A stretch of 64,000 nucleotides of DNA from Actinomycetota bacterium (lineage in GTDB: Bacteria > Actinomycetota > Actinomycetes > S36-B12 > CAIYMF01), in assembly GCA_020161245.1 (NCBI GenBank), contig JAIUOK010000020.1, positions 4,325 to 68,324 of the forward strand. Reading direction: 5' to 3'. Of the stretch, positions 17,285 through 27,203 are shown in pieces (the first letter of the stretch is position 1; each line of letters starts with the position of its first letter). The position numbers were made by a program, and so were the translations under genes. The notes below the pieces were generated by a model that had not been told where the DNA came from, ran no database searches, and worked only from the letters and a program-made list of their open reading frames with translations.

Positions 17285-19639
17285 TCAGGCCGCGGCCGGA
17301 GCCTCGGTCGGCTCCTCCTCGCCCACGGTGATCGCGCGGCGCTTGGACACGATGACCGCGCCGACCACCACGAGCACCGCGACGATCGCGATGCCCCAGC
17401 GGGCGAGGTCGGCGCCGGAGAGGAACAGGCCGACGACGGCGGGGGCGATCAGCAGCGCCACCAGGTTCATCACCTTGATGAGCGGGTTGATCGCGGGGCC
17501 CGCGGTGTCCTTGAACGGGTCGCCGACCGTGTCGCCGATGACCGTCGCGGAGTGCGCCTCGGAGCCCTTGCCGCCGAAGTGGCCGTCCTCGACGAACTTC
17601 TTCGCGTTGTCCCAGGCGCCGCCCGAGTTCGAGAGGAAGACCGCCATGAGGACGCCGGTCGCGATCGTGCCGGCGAGGTACGAGCCGAGCGCGCCGATGC
17701 CGAGGCCGAAGCCGACGGCGATCGGTGTGAGCACGGCCAGCAGGCCCGGGGTGGCGAGCTCGCGCAGCGAGTCGCGCGTGACGATGTCGACGACCTTCGC
17801 GTACTCGGGCTTCTCGGTGCCCTCCATGATCCCGGGGTGCTCGCGGAACTGGCGGCGCACCTCGAAGATCACCGCGCCGGCAGCGCGGGAGACCGCGTTG
17901 ATGGCGAGGCCGGAGAACAGGAACACGACCGAGGCACCGATGATCAGGCCCACGAGGTTGCTCGGGTTGCTGATGTCGAGGATCGCCCGGTACTGGTTCT
18001 GGTCGATCGGAGCCGGCACGTTCTCCGGCAGGATCCCGTTGTTGATCGCGTTCGTCGTCGCCTGCACCACGGTGTCGCGGAACGACCCGAACAGCGCGGT
18101 GGCGGCGAGGACGGCGGTCGCGATCGCGATGCCCTTGGTGATCGCCTTGGTGGTGTTGCCGACGGCGTCGAGCGAGGTGAGCACCTGGGCGCCCTCGCCG
18201 TGCACGTCGCCGGACATCTCGGCGATGCCCTGCGCGTTGTCCGACACCGGGCCGAAGGTGTCCATCGAGACGATGACGCCGACGGTGGTGAGCAGGCCGC
18301 AGCCGGCGAGCGCGATCGCGAACAGCGACAGCACGATCGAGCCGCCGCCGAGCAGGAACGCGCCGTACACGGCGGCACCGATGAGCAGCGCCGAGTAGAC
18401 GGCCGACTCGAGACCCACCGAGATGCCCGCGAGGATGACCGTCGCGGGGCCGGTGAGCGAGCTCTTCGACACGTCGTCGACGGGCTTGCGGTTGGTCTCG
18501 GTGAAGTAGCCGGTCAGCTGCTGGATCGCAGCCGCGAGCACGATGCCGATGATGACGGCGCCGAGCGCGAGCAGACGCGGGTTGAACGTGTCGACGTCCA
18601 CGAGGCCGAGGTTGTCGACGACGACGCCGCGCAGCAGCGTGATCCGGTCCGGCAGGTAGACGAAGGTCACGATCGCGACGAGCACGATCGAGATCGCCGC
18701 GGAGATGAAGAAGCCGCGGTTGATGGCGCTCATGCCCGAGCGGTCGCCGGGGCGCGGGGCCACCGCGAAGATGCCGATGACGGCGGTGATGACGCCGATC
18801 GCCGGGATGATCAGCGGGAACACGAGGCCGGCGTCGCCGAAGGCCGCCTTGCCGAGGATCAGCGCAGCGACGAGCGTGACGGCGTAGGACTCGAAGAGGT
18901 CGGCCGCCATGCCGGCGCAGTCGCCGACGTTGTCGCCCACGTTGTCGGCGATGGTCGCCGCGTTGCGCGGGTCGTCCTCGGGGATGCCCTGCTCGACCTT
19001 GCCGACGAGGTCGGCGCCGACGTCGGCCGCCTTGGTGAAGATGCCGCCGCCGACTCGCATGAACATCGCGAGCAGCGCGGCGCCGAAGCCGAAGCCCTCG
19101 AGCACCGTGGGGGCGTCGCCCTTGTAGACCAGCACGACGACGGCCGCGCCGAACAGGCCGAGGCCGACGGTGAACATGCCCGCGACGCCGCCGGTGCGGA
19201 AGGCGATGCGCATCGCCTGCTGCTCGCCGGACTCGTTGGCGGCGGCCGCGACGCGGACGTTGCCGCGGACGGCGAGCCACATGCCGACGTAGCCGGTGAT
19301 GGCGGAGAACACCGCGCCGACGAGGAAGAAGATCGAGCGACCGATCCTCTCCGACTGCGTGTCGGCGGGCAGGAAGAACAGCAGGACGAAGACCAGCGCC
19401 GCGAAGATCGACAGGGTGCGGAACTGGCGGCTCAGGTACGCCGCTGCACCCTCTTGGACCGCGGCTGCGATCTCCTTCATGCGGTCGGTGCCCTCGCTGG
19501 CAGCGAGGACCTCCCGGACCAGAACCCACGCGACTCCGAGGGCGAGCAGCGCGATGACCGCGACCACTGCGACGAAGGCGTAGTTCGAGCCCGAGACATC
19601 CACGCTGACCGTTGCGGCAGCGAGCGTCGTCGGGGACAT
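17285..19639 (-). CDS. hppA: Membrane-integral ion-translocating pyrophosphatase (predicted K+-independent H+-PPase)
   Basis: GGIFTKAADVGADLVGKVE, IPEDDPRN, DNVGDNVGD, GNTTKAITK, GDTVGDPFKDTAGP; start re-called at ATG 19639 after GAGGAG. Confidence 0.95.
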   Translation of the reverse strand: MSPTTLAAATVSVDVSGSNYAFVAVVAVIALLALGVAWVLVREVLAASEGTDRMKEIAAAVQEGAAAYLSRQFRTLSIFAALVFVLLFFLPADTQSERIGRSIFFLVGAVFSAITGYVGMWLAVRGNVRVAAAANESGEQQAMRIAFRTGGVAGMFTVGLGLFGAAVVVLVYKGDAPTVLEGFGFGAALLAMFMRVGGGIFTKAADVGADLVGKVEQGIPEDDPRNAATIADNVGDNVGDCAGMAADLFESYAVTLVAALILGKAAFGDAGLVFPLIIPAIGVITAVIGIFAVAPRPGDRSGMSAINRGFFISAAISIVLVAIVTFVYLPDRITLLRGVVVDNLGLVDVDTFNPRLLALGAVIIGIVLAAAIQQLTGYFTETNRKPVDDVSKSSLTGPATVILAGISVGLESAVYSALLIGAAVYGAFLLGGGSIVLSLFAIALAGCGLLTTVGVIVSMDTFGPVSDNAQGIAEMSGDVHGEGAQVLTSLDAVGNTTKAITKGIAIATAVLAATALFGSFRDTVVQATTNAINNGILPENVPAPIDQNQYRAILDISNPSNLVGLIIGASVVFLFSGLAINAVSRAAGAVIFEVRRQFREHPGIMEGTEKPEYAKVVDIVTRDSLRELATPGLLAVLTPIAVGFGLGIGALGSYLAGTIATGVLMAVFLSNSGGAWDNAKKFVEDGHFGGKGSEAHSATVIGDTVGDPFKDTAGPAINPLIKVMNLVALLIAPAVVGLFLSGADLARWGIAIVAVLVVVGAVIVSKRRAITVGEEEPTEAPAAA

Positions 19640-19804
19640 GCACGTGCTCCTCAGGCGGAAGTGGGGGTCGCCACCCTCGCCGGAGGAGCGGCTTCGACCC
19701 TCGAACGCGCCGGAGTCTACGCAGGGGTGTGACCTGGGCCACCCGCGCGGGGGTGCGGCATGGGTCACACCTCGGCCGCCCGCGCCGGCCGGCGGCGCCG
19801 GGCG

Positions 19805-20182
19805 TCAGGCGGTGGCGGGCCAGCGCAGGACGACGCGGCCGCCCTGCACCTCGGCGTCCGGCACGACGGCGGTGACCAGCGCGAGGCCCACCTCGTCGTC
19901 GTCCGGGGTGTCCGCGGGCGCGCGGTCGTCGATCTCGACGACGAAGGCGCCCGAGTCGTCGCGCAGCACGACGTCGACGTCGTCGTCGACTCCGGCCGAG
20001 GCGTGGCGGCGCACGGCTCGCGCGACCGCCTCACCCACCGCGAGGCGGACGTCGTCGACGGTCTGCTCGTCGAGCCCGAGGCGGCGCGCCGCGGTGACAG
20101 CCACCAGGCGCGCGGTGCGGACGTGCTCGACGGAGGGCGGCAGCGTCAGCGTCGCCGCGGTCTGCTCCCCCACGACGGTCAC
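19805..20182 (-). CDS. Anti-sigma factor-like HATPase_c protein (SCO3548-like)
   Basis: LPP..EHVRTARL, VRLAVGEA, GL.L; GTGA overlap with the STAS gene. Confidence 0.8.
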   Translation of the reverse strand: MTVVGEQTAATLTLPPSVEHVRTARLVAVTAARRLGLDEQTVDDVRLAVGEAVARAVRRHASAGVDDDVDVVLRDDSGAFVVEIDDRAPADTPDDDEVGLALVTAVVPDAEVQGGRVVLRWPATA

Positions 20183-20517
20183 CCGGCGACCGCGGACTCG
20201 ACGGTCGGGTGCAGCGGGATGAGGGTGTCCAGGCCGGTCAGGCGGAAGACCTTGGCCACGCGGTCGGCGGTGACGACGACAGCCAGCGACCCGCCGTCGT
20301 GCTCCCGGACGCGCTTGAGCGTCTTCACCAGCACGGCCAGGCCCGTGGAGTCGAGGAAGTCGACGCGCGAGAGGTCCACCACCACGCGGTGCTGCCCCCC
20401 GCCGGTCACGGCCGACAGCTCGGAGTCGAGCTGCGGGGCCGTGAAGATGTCGATCTCGCCCGCGGCGGAGACCACCGCGATGCCGTCCTGGTCGTGCGTG
20501 CTCACGTCGAGGTCCAC
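20179..20517 (-). CDS. bldG: Anti-sigma factor antagonist (STAS), BldG-like
   Basis: GEIDIFTAP, VDLS.VDFLDSTGL phospho-Ser motif; divergent from the DUF1998 helicase as at the Streptomyces bldG locus. Confidence 0.8.
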   Translation of the reverse strand: MDLDVSTHDQDGIAVVSAAGEIDIFTAPQLDSELSAVTGGGQHRVVVDLSRVDFLDSTGLAVLVKTLKRVREHDGGSLAVVVTADRVAKVFRLTGLDTLIPLHPTVESAVAG

Positions 20518-20573
20518 CTCTGCACTCTGACACAGGTGCGCGGGCGTCGGGGCGGTCGGGGAGGATCGGTTTC

Positions 20574-22898
20574 GTGCCCGTCCCCACACCCGACCAGCTG
20601 CTCGGCCGGCTCACGGCCGGACGGCCCGACCGCCTGCTGCACGTGCAGCACGTGCCGGCGCGGACGGGCACCGCGGTGGGGTGGCCGGGGTGGGTGCCCG
20701 ACGAGCTGCGCGACGCCCTCACCCGCCGCGGTGTCACGAACCCCTGGGCCCACCAGGCCGACGCCGCCGAGCACGCGCGGGCCGGGCGCCACGTCGTCGT
20801 CGCGACGGGGACGGCGTCGGGCAAATCGCTGGCGTACCTGCTGCCCTCGATCACCGCCGTGCTCGAAGGCACGCGCGCTCCCAACGGCCGCGGCGCCACG
20901 GCCCTGTACCTGTCCCCCACGAAGGCGCTCGCGCACGACCAGTGGCGCTCGATCCAGGAGCTCGGGCTCGACGGCCTGCGGGCCGCCGCCTACGACGGCG
21001 ACACCGCCGACGAGGAGCGCGCCTGGATCCGCCAGCACGCCGGCTACGTGCTGTCCAACCCCGACCTGCTGCACCGCTCGATGCTCCCTGGGCACGAGCG
21101 GTGGGCGTCCTTCCTGCGCGCGCTGCAGTTCGTGATCGTCGACGAGTGCCACGTGTACCGCGGCCTGTTCGGCTCGCACGTCGCCAACGTCCTTCGCCGG
21201 CTCCAGCGGGTGTGCGAGCGGTACGGGTCCTCGCCCACGTTCGTCCTCGCCTCCGCCACGGCCGGCGACCCCGCGGGCTCGGCGTCGCGGCTCGTCGGGC
21301 TCGACGTCGTCGCCGTCGCCGACGACGCGTCGCCGCGGGGCGCCACGCACTTCGCGCTGTGGGAGCCGCCGCTGCAGGAGCACGGGGGCGAGAACGACGC
21401 GCCCACTCGCCGCACCGCGACCGCCGAGACGGCGTCGCTCATGACCGACCTCGTCGTGGAGGGCGTGCGCACGCTGGCCTTCATCCGGTCGCGGCGCGGG
21501 GCGGAGGCCGTGGCCATGACCGCGCGCGACTCGCTGCTGGAGGTGGAGCCCGACCTCGCCCACCGGGTGGCGGCCTACCGCGCCGGCTACCTGCCCGAGG
21601 AGCGTCGCGAGCTCGAGGACCAGCTGCGCGACGGCCGGCTGCTCGGCGTCGCGGCCACCAGCGCCCTCGAGCTCGGCGTCGACGTGACCGGCCTCGACGC
21701 CGTGCTCCTGTGCGGCTGGCCCGGCACCCGCGCCTCGCTGTGGCAGCAGGCCGGGCGCGCGGGGCGGTCCGGCCGCGACGCCCTCGCCGTCCTCGTGGCG
21801 CGCGACGACCCGCTCGACACCTATCTCGTGCACCACCCGGCCTCGCTGTTCGGCTCGCCCGTCGAGGCGACGGTGTGCGACCCGACCAACCCCTACGTGC
21901 TCGGTCCGCACCTGTGCGCTGCCGCCGCCGAGCTGCCGCTGACCGACGACGACCTGCCTCGCTTCGGCCCGACGGCCCCCGACGTGGTCGAGGCCCTCGT
22001 CGTCCGCGGCCTGCTGCGCAAGCGGCCCGGCGGCTGGTTCTGGACCCGCCAGGAGCGGGCCAGCGACCTCGCCGACCTGCGCGGCATCGGCGGCGGCATG
22101 GTGCGCGTCGTCGAGGACGAGACCGGCCGGCTGCTCGGCACCGTCGACCCCGGCGCAGCGCACTCGACCGTGCACGACGGCGCGGTCTACGTGCACCAGG
22201 GCCAGACCTACGTCGTCGACCGCCTCGACCTCGACGACGCCGTGGCCGTCGCCCATCGCGAGGCCGTCGACTACACGACGTCGGCGCGCGACACCACCGA
22301 CATCCGCGTCGTCGGCGAGATCGAGCGCACGTCGTGGGGCGACGCCGAGCTCGTCCACGGGCACGTCGAGGTGACCAACCAGGTCGTCGCCTATCTCAAG
22401 CGGCGCTACCTCACCGGCACGGTCCTCGGCGAGGAGCCGCTCTCCCTGCCCCCGCGCCAGCTGCGCACGCAGGCCGTGTGGTGGACCGTCACGCCCGAGC
22501 AGCTGCAGGCCGCGCAGCTGCTCGACGTCGACGTGCCGGGCGCGGCCCATGCCGCCGAGCACGCCTCGATCGGTCTGCTGCCCCTGGTGGCGACCTGCGA
22601 CCGCTGGGACATCGGCGGGGTGTCGACGGCGATGCACCCCGACACCGGCCGCATGACGGTGTTCGTCTACGACGGCCACCCCGGCGGTGCCGGGTTCGCA
22701 GCCCGGGGGTACGCCGCCGCGCGCACGTGGCTCGCCGCCACGCGCGAGGCGATCGCCTCGTGCGAGTGCGCCGACGGCTGCCCCTCGTGCGTGCAGAGCC
22801 CCAAGTGCGGCAACGGCAACGACCCGCTCGACAAGGCCGGCGCCGTGCGCCTGCTCGACGTCCTGCTCGCGGGCGCCCCGGGCGGCCCCGCGGCGTAG
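20574..22898 (+). CDS. DEAD/DEAH helicase with C-terminal Zn-binding DUF1998 domain (Rv3649/SftH-like)
   Basis: TGTASGKS, DECH, SAT, ALELGVD, QQAGRAGR, C-terminal CxC..GCPSC...PKC. Confidence 0.92.
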   Translation: MPVPTPDQLLGRLTAGRPDRLLHVQHVPARTGTAVGWPGWVPDELRDALTRRGVTNPWAHQADAAEHARAGRHVVVATGTASGKSLAYLLPSITAVLEGTRAPNGRGATALYLSPTKALAHDQWRSIQELGLDGLRAAAYDGDTADEERAWIRQHAGYVLSNPDLLHRSMLPGHERWASFLRALQFVIVDECHVYRGLFGSHVANVLRRLQRVCERYGSSPTFVLASATAGDPAGSASRLVGLDVVAVADDASPRGATHFALWEPPLQEHGGENDAPTRRTATAETASLMTDLVVEGVRTLAFIRSRRGAEAVAMTARDSLLEVEPDLAHRVAAYRAGYLPEERRELEDQLRDGRLLGVAATSALELGVDVTGLDAVLLCGWPGTRASLWQQAGRAGRSGRDALAVLVARDDPLDTYLVHHPASLFGSPVEATVCDPTNPYVLGPHLCAAAAELPLTDDDLPRFGPTAPDVVEALVVRGLLRKRPGGWFWTRQERASDLADLRGIGGGMVRVVEDETGRLLGTVDPGAAHSTVHDGAVYVHQGQTYVVDRLDLDDAVAVAHREAVDYTTSARDTTDIRVVGEIERTSWGDAELVHGHVEVTNQVVAYLKRRYLTGTVLGEEPLSLPPRQLRTQAVWWTVTPEQLQAAQLLDVDVPGAAHAAEHASIGLLPLVATCDRWDIGGVSTAMHPDTGRMTVFVYDGHPGGAGFAARGYAAARTWLAATREAIASCECADGCPSCVQSPKCGNGNDPLDKAGAVRLLDVLLAGAPGGPAA

Positions 22899-22901
22899 GG
22901 C

Positions 22902-23288
22902 TCAGCGCAGCCCGGCGCGCGACGCCGCCTCGGGCGCCGCAGCCCCGGCCAGCAGCGCGAGCGGCGAGACATGCGGCAGCCGCACCCTCGCCACGACGAC
23001 GACGTCGCCATCGACCACGGTGCACGAGGCGAGCTCGGCGCCGTTGGCACGGACGACGCCGTCTGCCCGAGAGCACGCGGTCGCGGGCGAGAGCTGCGCG
23101 TCGGGCGCCGCGGCGAGCGCCGCGAGGTCGGCCGCGGCGGAGGCCCGCGACCGGGCGGCGAGCACCGCGGCCACGGCGCCGAGCGCGAGCGCGACCACCA
23201 CGAGCACCGCCACCAGTGCCAGGGCGGCCACGACCGCGGCGCCCTCATCGCCGGCAGCACGTCCGCTGCCGCGCCGTCGGCGCCTCAC
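22902..23288 (-). CDS. TadE-like protein (Rv3654c family)
   Basis: DEG + hydrophobic helix + AAADLAALAAA + two Cys; GTGA overlap with tadE. Confidence 0.8.
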   Translation of the reverse strand: MRRRRRGSGRAAGDEGAAVVAALALVAVLVVVALALGAVAAVLAARSRASAAADLAALAAAPDAQLSPATACSRADGVVRANGAELASCTVVDGDVVVVARVRLPHVSPLALLAGAAAPEAASRAGLR

Positions 23289-23695
23289 GGCAGCGACCCC
23301 GGCTCGCGCGCGGCGGTGGAGGTCGAGCTCAGCCGGAAGGAGCCGAGGCCGCCGAGCAGCCCGGGCGGGGCGGCGACGGCGGACACCTCCACCTGCACGC
23401 GGGCGGCGTCGCGCGCGATGCGCACCTCGGCCGCGGCGACGGTGCTCCGCGCCTCGGCGGCGACGTCGGTGTCGGACGCGCCGCGGGCGGCGGCACGGGC
23501 GGCCGCCCGCGACGCCTCGCCGACGGCGAGCTGCGCACCCACGAGGCTCATGCCCCACACCAGAGCCACCACGGCCACGACGAGGGCGAGCAGCGAGACC
23601 GCGGCCTCGACGGTGACAGCGCCGTCGTCGCCGGCGTCGGGCCCGAAGGGGCCGTGGCCCGGGCGGCTGCCCGGGCCACGGCGCGGCTCGGTCAT
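23285..23695 (-). CDS. tadE: TadE family minor pilin
   Basis: DDGAVTVEAA prepilin motif, ARAAARG. Confidence 0.8.
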   Translation of the reverse strand: MTEPRRGPGSRPGHGPFGPDAGDDGAVTVEAAVSLLALVVAVVALVWGMSLVGAQLAVGEASRAAARAAARGASDTDVAAEARSTVAAAEVRIARDAARVQVEVSAVAAPPGLLGGLGSFRLSSTSTAAREPGSLP

Positions 23696-23696
23696 C

Positions 23697-23951
23697 TCAG
23701 CCGATCCCGAAGAACGAGAGGGCGGCGCGGATGATCGTCTCGAGGATGGTCCGCAGGATCTGCTGGAACCAGTCGCTTGTGAGCAGCTTGATGAGGATGC
23801 CGCCGAGGCCGGCCGCGGCGACGGTGACCACCGCGTACTCGGCGGTGGCAGCACCGGTGTCGTCGCCGAGTGCGCGGGCGCGCAGCGACTGGGCGCGCAG
23901 CGCGCGGGCGGTCGGTCGGGCCAGCAGCAGGGCGGAACGACGTCGGGTCAT
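23697..23951 (-). CDS. Flp-like major pilin (DUF4244 family)
   Basis: DTG/AATAEYA Flp motif followed by a hydrophobic helix; GAGGAG SD. Confidence 0.85.
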   Translation of the reverse strand: MTRRRSALLLARPTARALRAQSLRARALGDDTGAATAEYAVVTVAAAGLGGILIKLLTSDWFQQILRTILETIIRAALSFFGIG

Positions 23952-24044
23952 GGGATCTCCTCGCGGTCGGGTGCCGGCGACCGTCGCCGGCTGCCCGGAC
24001 CCTGCGCCGCACCGGCCGGGCGCGGCCCGAGCCGGACGCCGTTC

Positions 24045-24079
24045 CTGGGGACAGCCGCGCGTCTGCAGCGGCTGTGGAC
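24045..24079 (-). promoter_or_regulatory. Paired GTCC(A/C)CAG motifs upstream of the pilin gene
   Basis: CTGGGGAC 24045-52 and CTGTGGAC 24072-79 on +, 27 bp apart. Confidence 0.4.
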
Positions 24080-24249
24080 AGCCCGCGGGGCCGACCGGGT
24101 GACGCCGCGCGGCGCAGCCCGACCGGCCGGTCGCGCGAGGCTCCACGTTCGTTCTTCCGCGCACCGCCGGCGGCGCCGCGGCCGATAGGACAGGTCGACG
24201 ACTGGCAGCACGGCGGCCCGCGGGGCCGGCGACGAGCAAGGGACCGACG

Positions 24250-24687
24250 ATGGACGGCGCGGCCCGGCTGCGCGACCTGCTGGAGCAGGCCGGACTGCAC
24301 GCCGACCGCGTCGAGGAGGCTGTGGCGGCGAGCCGCGTGCTGCTTGAGCAGATCCGCGCGATCGGCAGCGTCACTGCCGCGGCCGACCTCGTCGCCCTGC
24401 TCGACGCGCAGTCGGAGGTGGCTGTCGGCGCCGCGATGCGTGCGGGCCGTGCCGCCGCGGAGTCGGTCGAGATGCTCGATGCGGTGGCCGACCACGAGCT
24501 GGCGCCGCTGGTGGCGCGCTACGGCCGCGAGCGCGGCGACGCCGGGCCCTGGTCGGCCGAGGCTGTGCGTGCCGCCGTCCACGAGGACGCCGCCACGACG
24601 TCGTCGCGGGCCAGGTCAGGGGTCGACGAGCAGCGGCGGATCGTCGAGGAGGGCCGCGCGCTCGCGGTACGCGGCTCGCGCCCCTAG
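24250..24687 (+). CDS. Hypothetical 145-aa helical protein inside the Tad locus, opposite strand
   Basis: Typical GC3-biased codons, fills the pilin-tadC gap, AAGGGA upstream; no family recognised. Confidence 0.55.
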   Translation: MDGAARLRDLLEQAGLHADRVEEAVAASRVLLEQIRAIGSVTAAADLVALLDAQSEVAVGAAMRAGRAAAESVEMLDAVADHELAPLVARYGRERGDAGPWSAEAVRAAVHEDAATTSSRARSGVDEQRRIVEEGRALAVRGSRP

Positions 24688-24697
24688 CCGCAGCTGC

Positions 24698-25408
24698 TCA
24701 GAGCAGCGCCCCGATCCAGCTCGCGACCACGGGCACCACGCCCAGCGCCACGAAGGCCGGCAGGAAGGCCAGGCCCAGCGGCGCTGTGAGCCGGACGGCG
24801 GCGGTGCGCACGCGCGCCTCGGCGTCGGCGCGGCGGGACGCGCGCAGGTCGTCGGCGACCCGTGGCAGCAGCGCCGCCAGAGGCGCCCCCGTACCGGCCG
24901 AGCGCGAGGCCGCGCGGGCCAGGCCGGCCAGCTCCGGCAGCTCGCCGACGGTGCGCCACACATCCGACGGGTCGGCGCCCAGGCGCAGCGCCGCTGTCGC
25001 CGTCGCCAGCACGTCCCCGGCGGCGCCCGGCACCGCCCGAGACGTGGCGGCCAGCGACGCCTCGACCGAGGCGCCGGACGCCAGGCACGCGGCGAGCAGG
25101 TCGACGGCCACGGGAGCCTGGCGCGCCAGCTCCGAGCGGCGGCTGCGCTCGGCGTCGGTCTGCAGCCTCGGGATCCCCCACCACGCGCCGGCCGCCACCG
25201 CCGCACCCACGAGAGCGCCCACGGGACCGCCGACGAGCAGCGCGGTCGCGATCCCACCGACCACGGCGGCACTGCGCACCCCGGGCCTCGGCAGCCGCGG
25301 CGGCCCGACGGTCCGGGACACCGCCCCACGGGGAAGACGGACGGACGGCAGCAGCAGGGCGAGGCCGGCGGCGGCAAGCACCGCGAGCAGCGGGGCCGCG
25401 GGCGTCAC
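24698..25408 (-). CDS. tadC: Tad inner-membrane platform protein TadC (T2SS F family)
   Basis: DLLAACL.SG, TG.PLA, PLGL.FLPAF..LGVVP; GTGA overlap with tadB. Confidence 0.85.
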   Translation of the reverse strand: MTPAAPLLAVLAAAGLALLLPSVRLPRGAVSRTVGPPRLPRPGVRSAAVVGGIATALLVGGPVGALVGAAVAAGAWWGIPRLQTDAERSRRSELARQAPVAVDLLAACLASGASVEASLAATSRAVPGAAGDVLATATAALRLGADPSDVWRTVGELPELAGLARAASRSAGTGAPLAALLPRVADDLRASRRADAEARVRTAAVRLTAPLGLAFLPAFVALGVVPVVASWIGALL

Positions 25409-26055
25409 AGCGCGGCCTCGAGCGACCGCACGATCCGCCACGACCACAGCGCCCCCAGGGCCTCGAGCACGATGCCCGACGCCAGCACGACGGCGCCGGG
25501 AGGCGACCCCAGCAGCCAGGCGAGCGGGTCGGCGCCGAGCGCGGCACCGAGCAGCAGGCCCACGGCCGGGAGCGCGGCGAGCACGAGCGCGGTGGCGCGC
25601 GGCTCGGCCAGGCCCGTGCGCAGCTCGCGCCGCACCCGCTCGTCCTCGCGCGCGGCGTCGGCCAGGGCGGTCAACGAGGCCGCCAGCCCGGCACCCGACC
25701 CGGACGCGACCTCCCAGCAGGCGGCGGCTGCCAGGAGCAGGTCGCCCGCGCCGGGTGCCCGCAGCGCCGCTGCCACGTCGCCGCCTGCTGCTGCGGCGGC
25801 AGCAGCCACCACCGGGTCGGGGGCCCTGTCGAGCTGCGCCGCCGCGGCCACGACGGCCGACAGCGGATCGCGGCCGGCGCGCGTCTCGGCGGCCAGCGCC
25901 TCGACCCACTCGAGTGCCGCACGGCGGTGCACCTCCGCGCCGACGGGCCGGGCCGGAAGACGCAGCGCCGGGGCCTGCGGCAGCGCGCGTCCCGGCAGCA
26001 TCACCAGCACGAGCACGGCAGCAGCGACGCCGGCCAGCCACATCGCGCCGGTCAT
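25405..26055 (-). CDS. tadB: Tad inner-membrane platform protein TadB
   Basis: SG.GLA..L..L, L...RATA.VL..LP, GA.PL..L; ATGA overlap with tadA. Confidence 0.82.
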   Translation of the reverse strand: MTGAMWLAGVAAAVLVLVMLPGRALPQAPALRLPARPVGAEVHRRAALEWVEALAAETRAGRDPLSAVVAAAAQLDRAPDPVVAAAAAAAGGDVAAALRAPGAGDLLLAAAACWEVASGSGAGLAASLTALADAAREDERVRRELRTGLAEPRATALVLAALPAVGLLLGAALGADPLAWLLGSPPGAVVLASGIVLEALGALWSWRIVRSLEAAL

Positions 26056-27203
26056 GGCGCCGCGTCGCCGAGCCGCTCGCGCAGCCGCGCGAGGCCGGGT
26101 CCCTCGACGACGCCGGCCCCGGAGCGCACCAGCGCGTCGTCGAGCACCGTCAGTCCGTCGGCCCGGCGGGCCACCGACAGCGAGCGCCAGCGGCGCACCC
26201 CGTCGCGGCCGCGGTCGAGATGCACGACCACGTCGAGGCCGGACGCCAGCTGGGCATGGGCGGCGGCCCGGTCGAGCCCTCCGGCGAGGGCCAGCGCCTC
26301 GATGCGCGCCGGCACGTCGGCCGCGCTGTTGGCGTGCACGGTGGTCATCCCGCCCTCGTGGCCGGTGTTGAACGCGGCCAGCATGTCGACGACCTCGGCG
26401 CCTCTCACCTCGCCGACGACGACGCGGTCCGGCCGCATCCGCAGCGACTGGCGCACCAGGTCGCGCAGGGTGATCGCCCCTGCCCCCTCGATGTTGGGCG
26501 GCCGGGCCTCCAGCCGGACGACGTGCGGATGGTCCGGCACGAGCTCGGCCGAGTCCTCCACCACGACGATGCGGTCGCGGGGGTCGCAGCGCGCCAGGAG
26601 CGCAGACGTCCAGGTCGTCTTGCCGGTGCCGGTGCCTCCGCTGACGACCAGCGTGAGCCGCTCTGCCACGACGGCGTCGAGCCACGGGAGCACCGGCCCC
26701 GGCACGGCCCCCGCAGCCACGAGGCCCTCGAGGTCGAAGCTGCGCCGGCGGGGCACGCGCAGCGACAGCGCCGTGCCGCTGAGCGCGACCGGCGCCAGGA
26801 CCGCATGCAGGCGGACGCCGGACGGGAGGCGGCCGTCGACGTAGGGGACGGCGTCGTCGAGGCGCCGGCCGCACGCCGAGGCCAGGCGCTGCGCGAGCCG
26901 GCGCACAGCGGCGTCGTCGGCGAACCGGACGTCGACGCGCTCGGCGCCGCTGCCACGGTCGACCCACACCTCGTCCGGTGCGGTGACGAGGACGTCGGTG
27001 ACCTCGGGGTCGGCCACCAGGGGCTCGAGCGGGCCCGCGCCGGCCATCTCGGCGCGCAGCCGCTCGGCCTCGGCGAGCAGCGCATCCGGGGCCAGGAGCG
27101 CGCCGTCGTCGCGGAGCGCCCGGGCGACATCGGCCGCGGTGGGCGCGAGCCCGCCGGCCAGCAGCCTCGAGCGCACCCGGTCGACGACGTCGGGGCCGCT
27201 CAT
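26052..27203 (-). CDS. tadA: Tad pilus assembly ATPase TadA/CpaF
   Basis: SGGTGTGKTT Walker A, VVEDSAEL, LRMRPDRVVVGEVRG, NTGHEG..T.HAN. Confidence 0.93.
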   Translation of the reverse strand: MSGPDVVDRVRSRLLAGGLAPTAADVARALRDDGALLAPDALLAEAERLRAEMAGAGPLEPLVADPEVTDVLVTAPDEVWVDRGSGAERVDVRFADDAAVRRLAQRLASACGRRLDDAVPYVDGRLPSGVRLHAVLAPVALSGTALSLRVPRRRSFDLEGLVAAGAVPGPVLPWLDAVVAERLTLVVSGGTGTGKTTWTSALLARCDPRDRIVVVEDSAELVPDHPHVVRLEARPPNIEGAGAITLRDLVRQSLRMRPDRVVVGEVRGAEVVDMLAAFNTGHEGGMTTVHANSAADVPARIEALALAGGLDRAAAHAQLASGLDVVVHLDRGRDGVRRWRSLSVARRADGLTVLDDALVRSGAGVVEGPGLARLRERLGDAAP

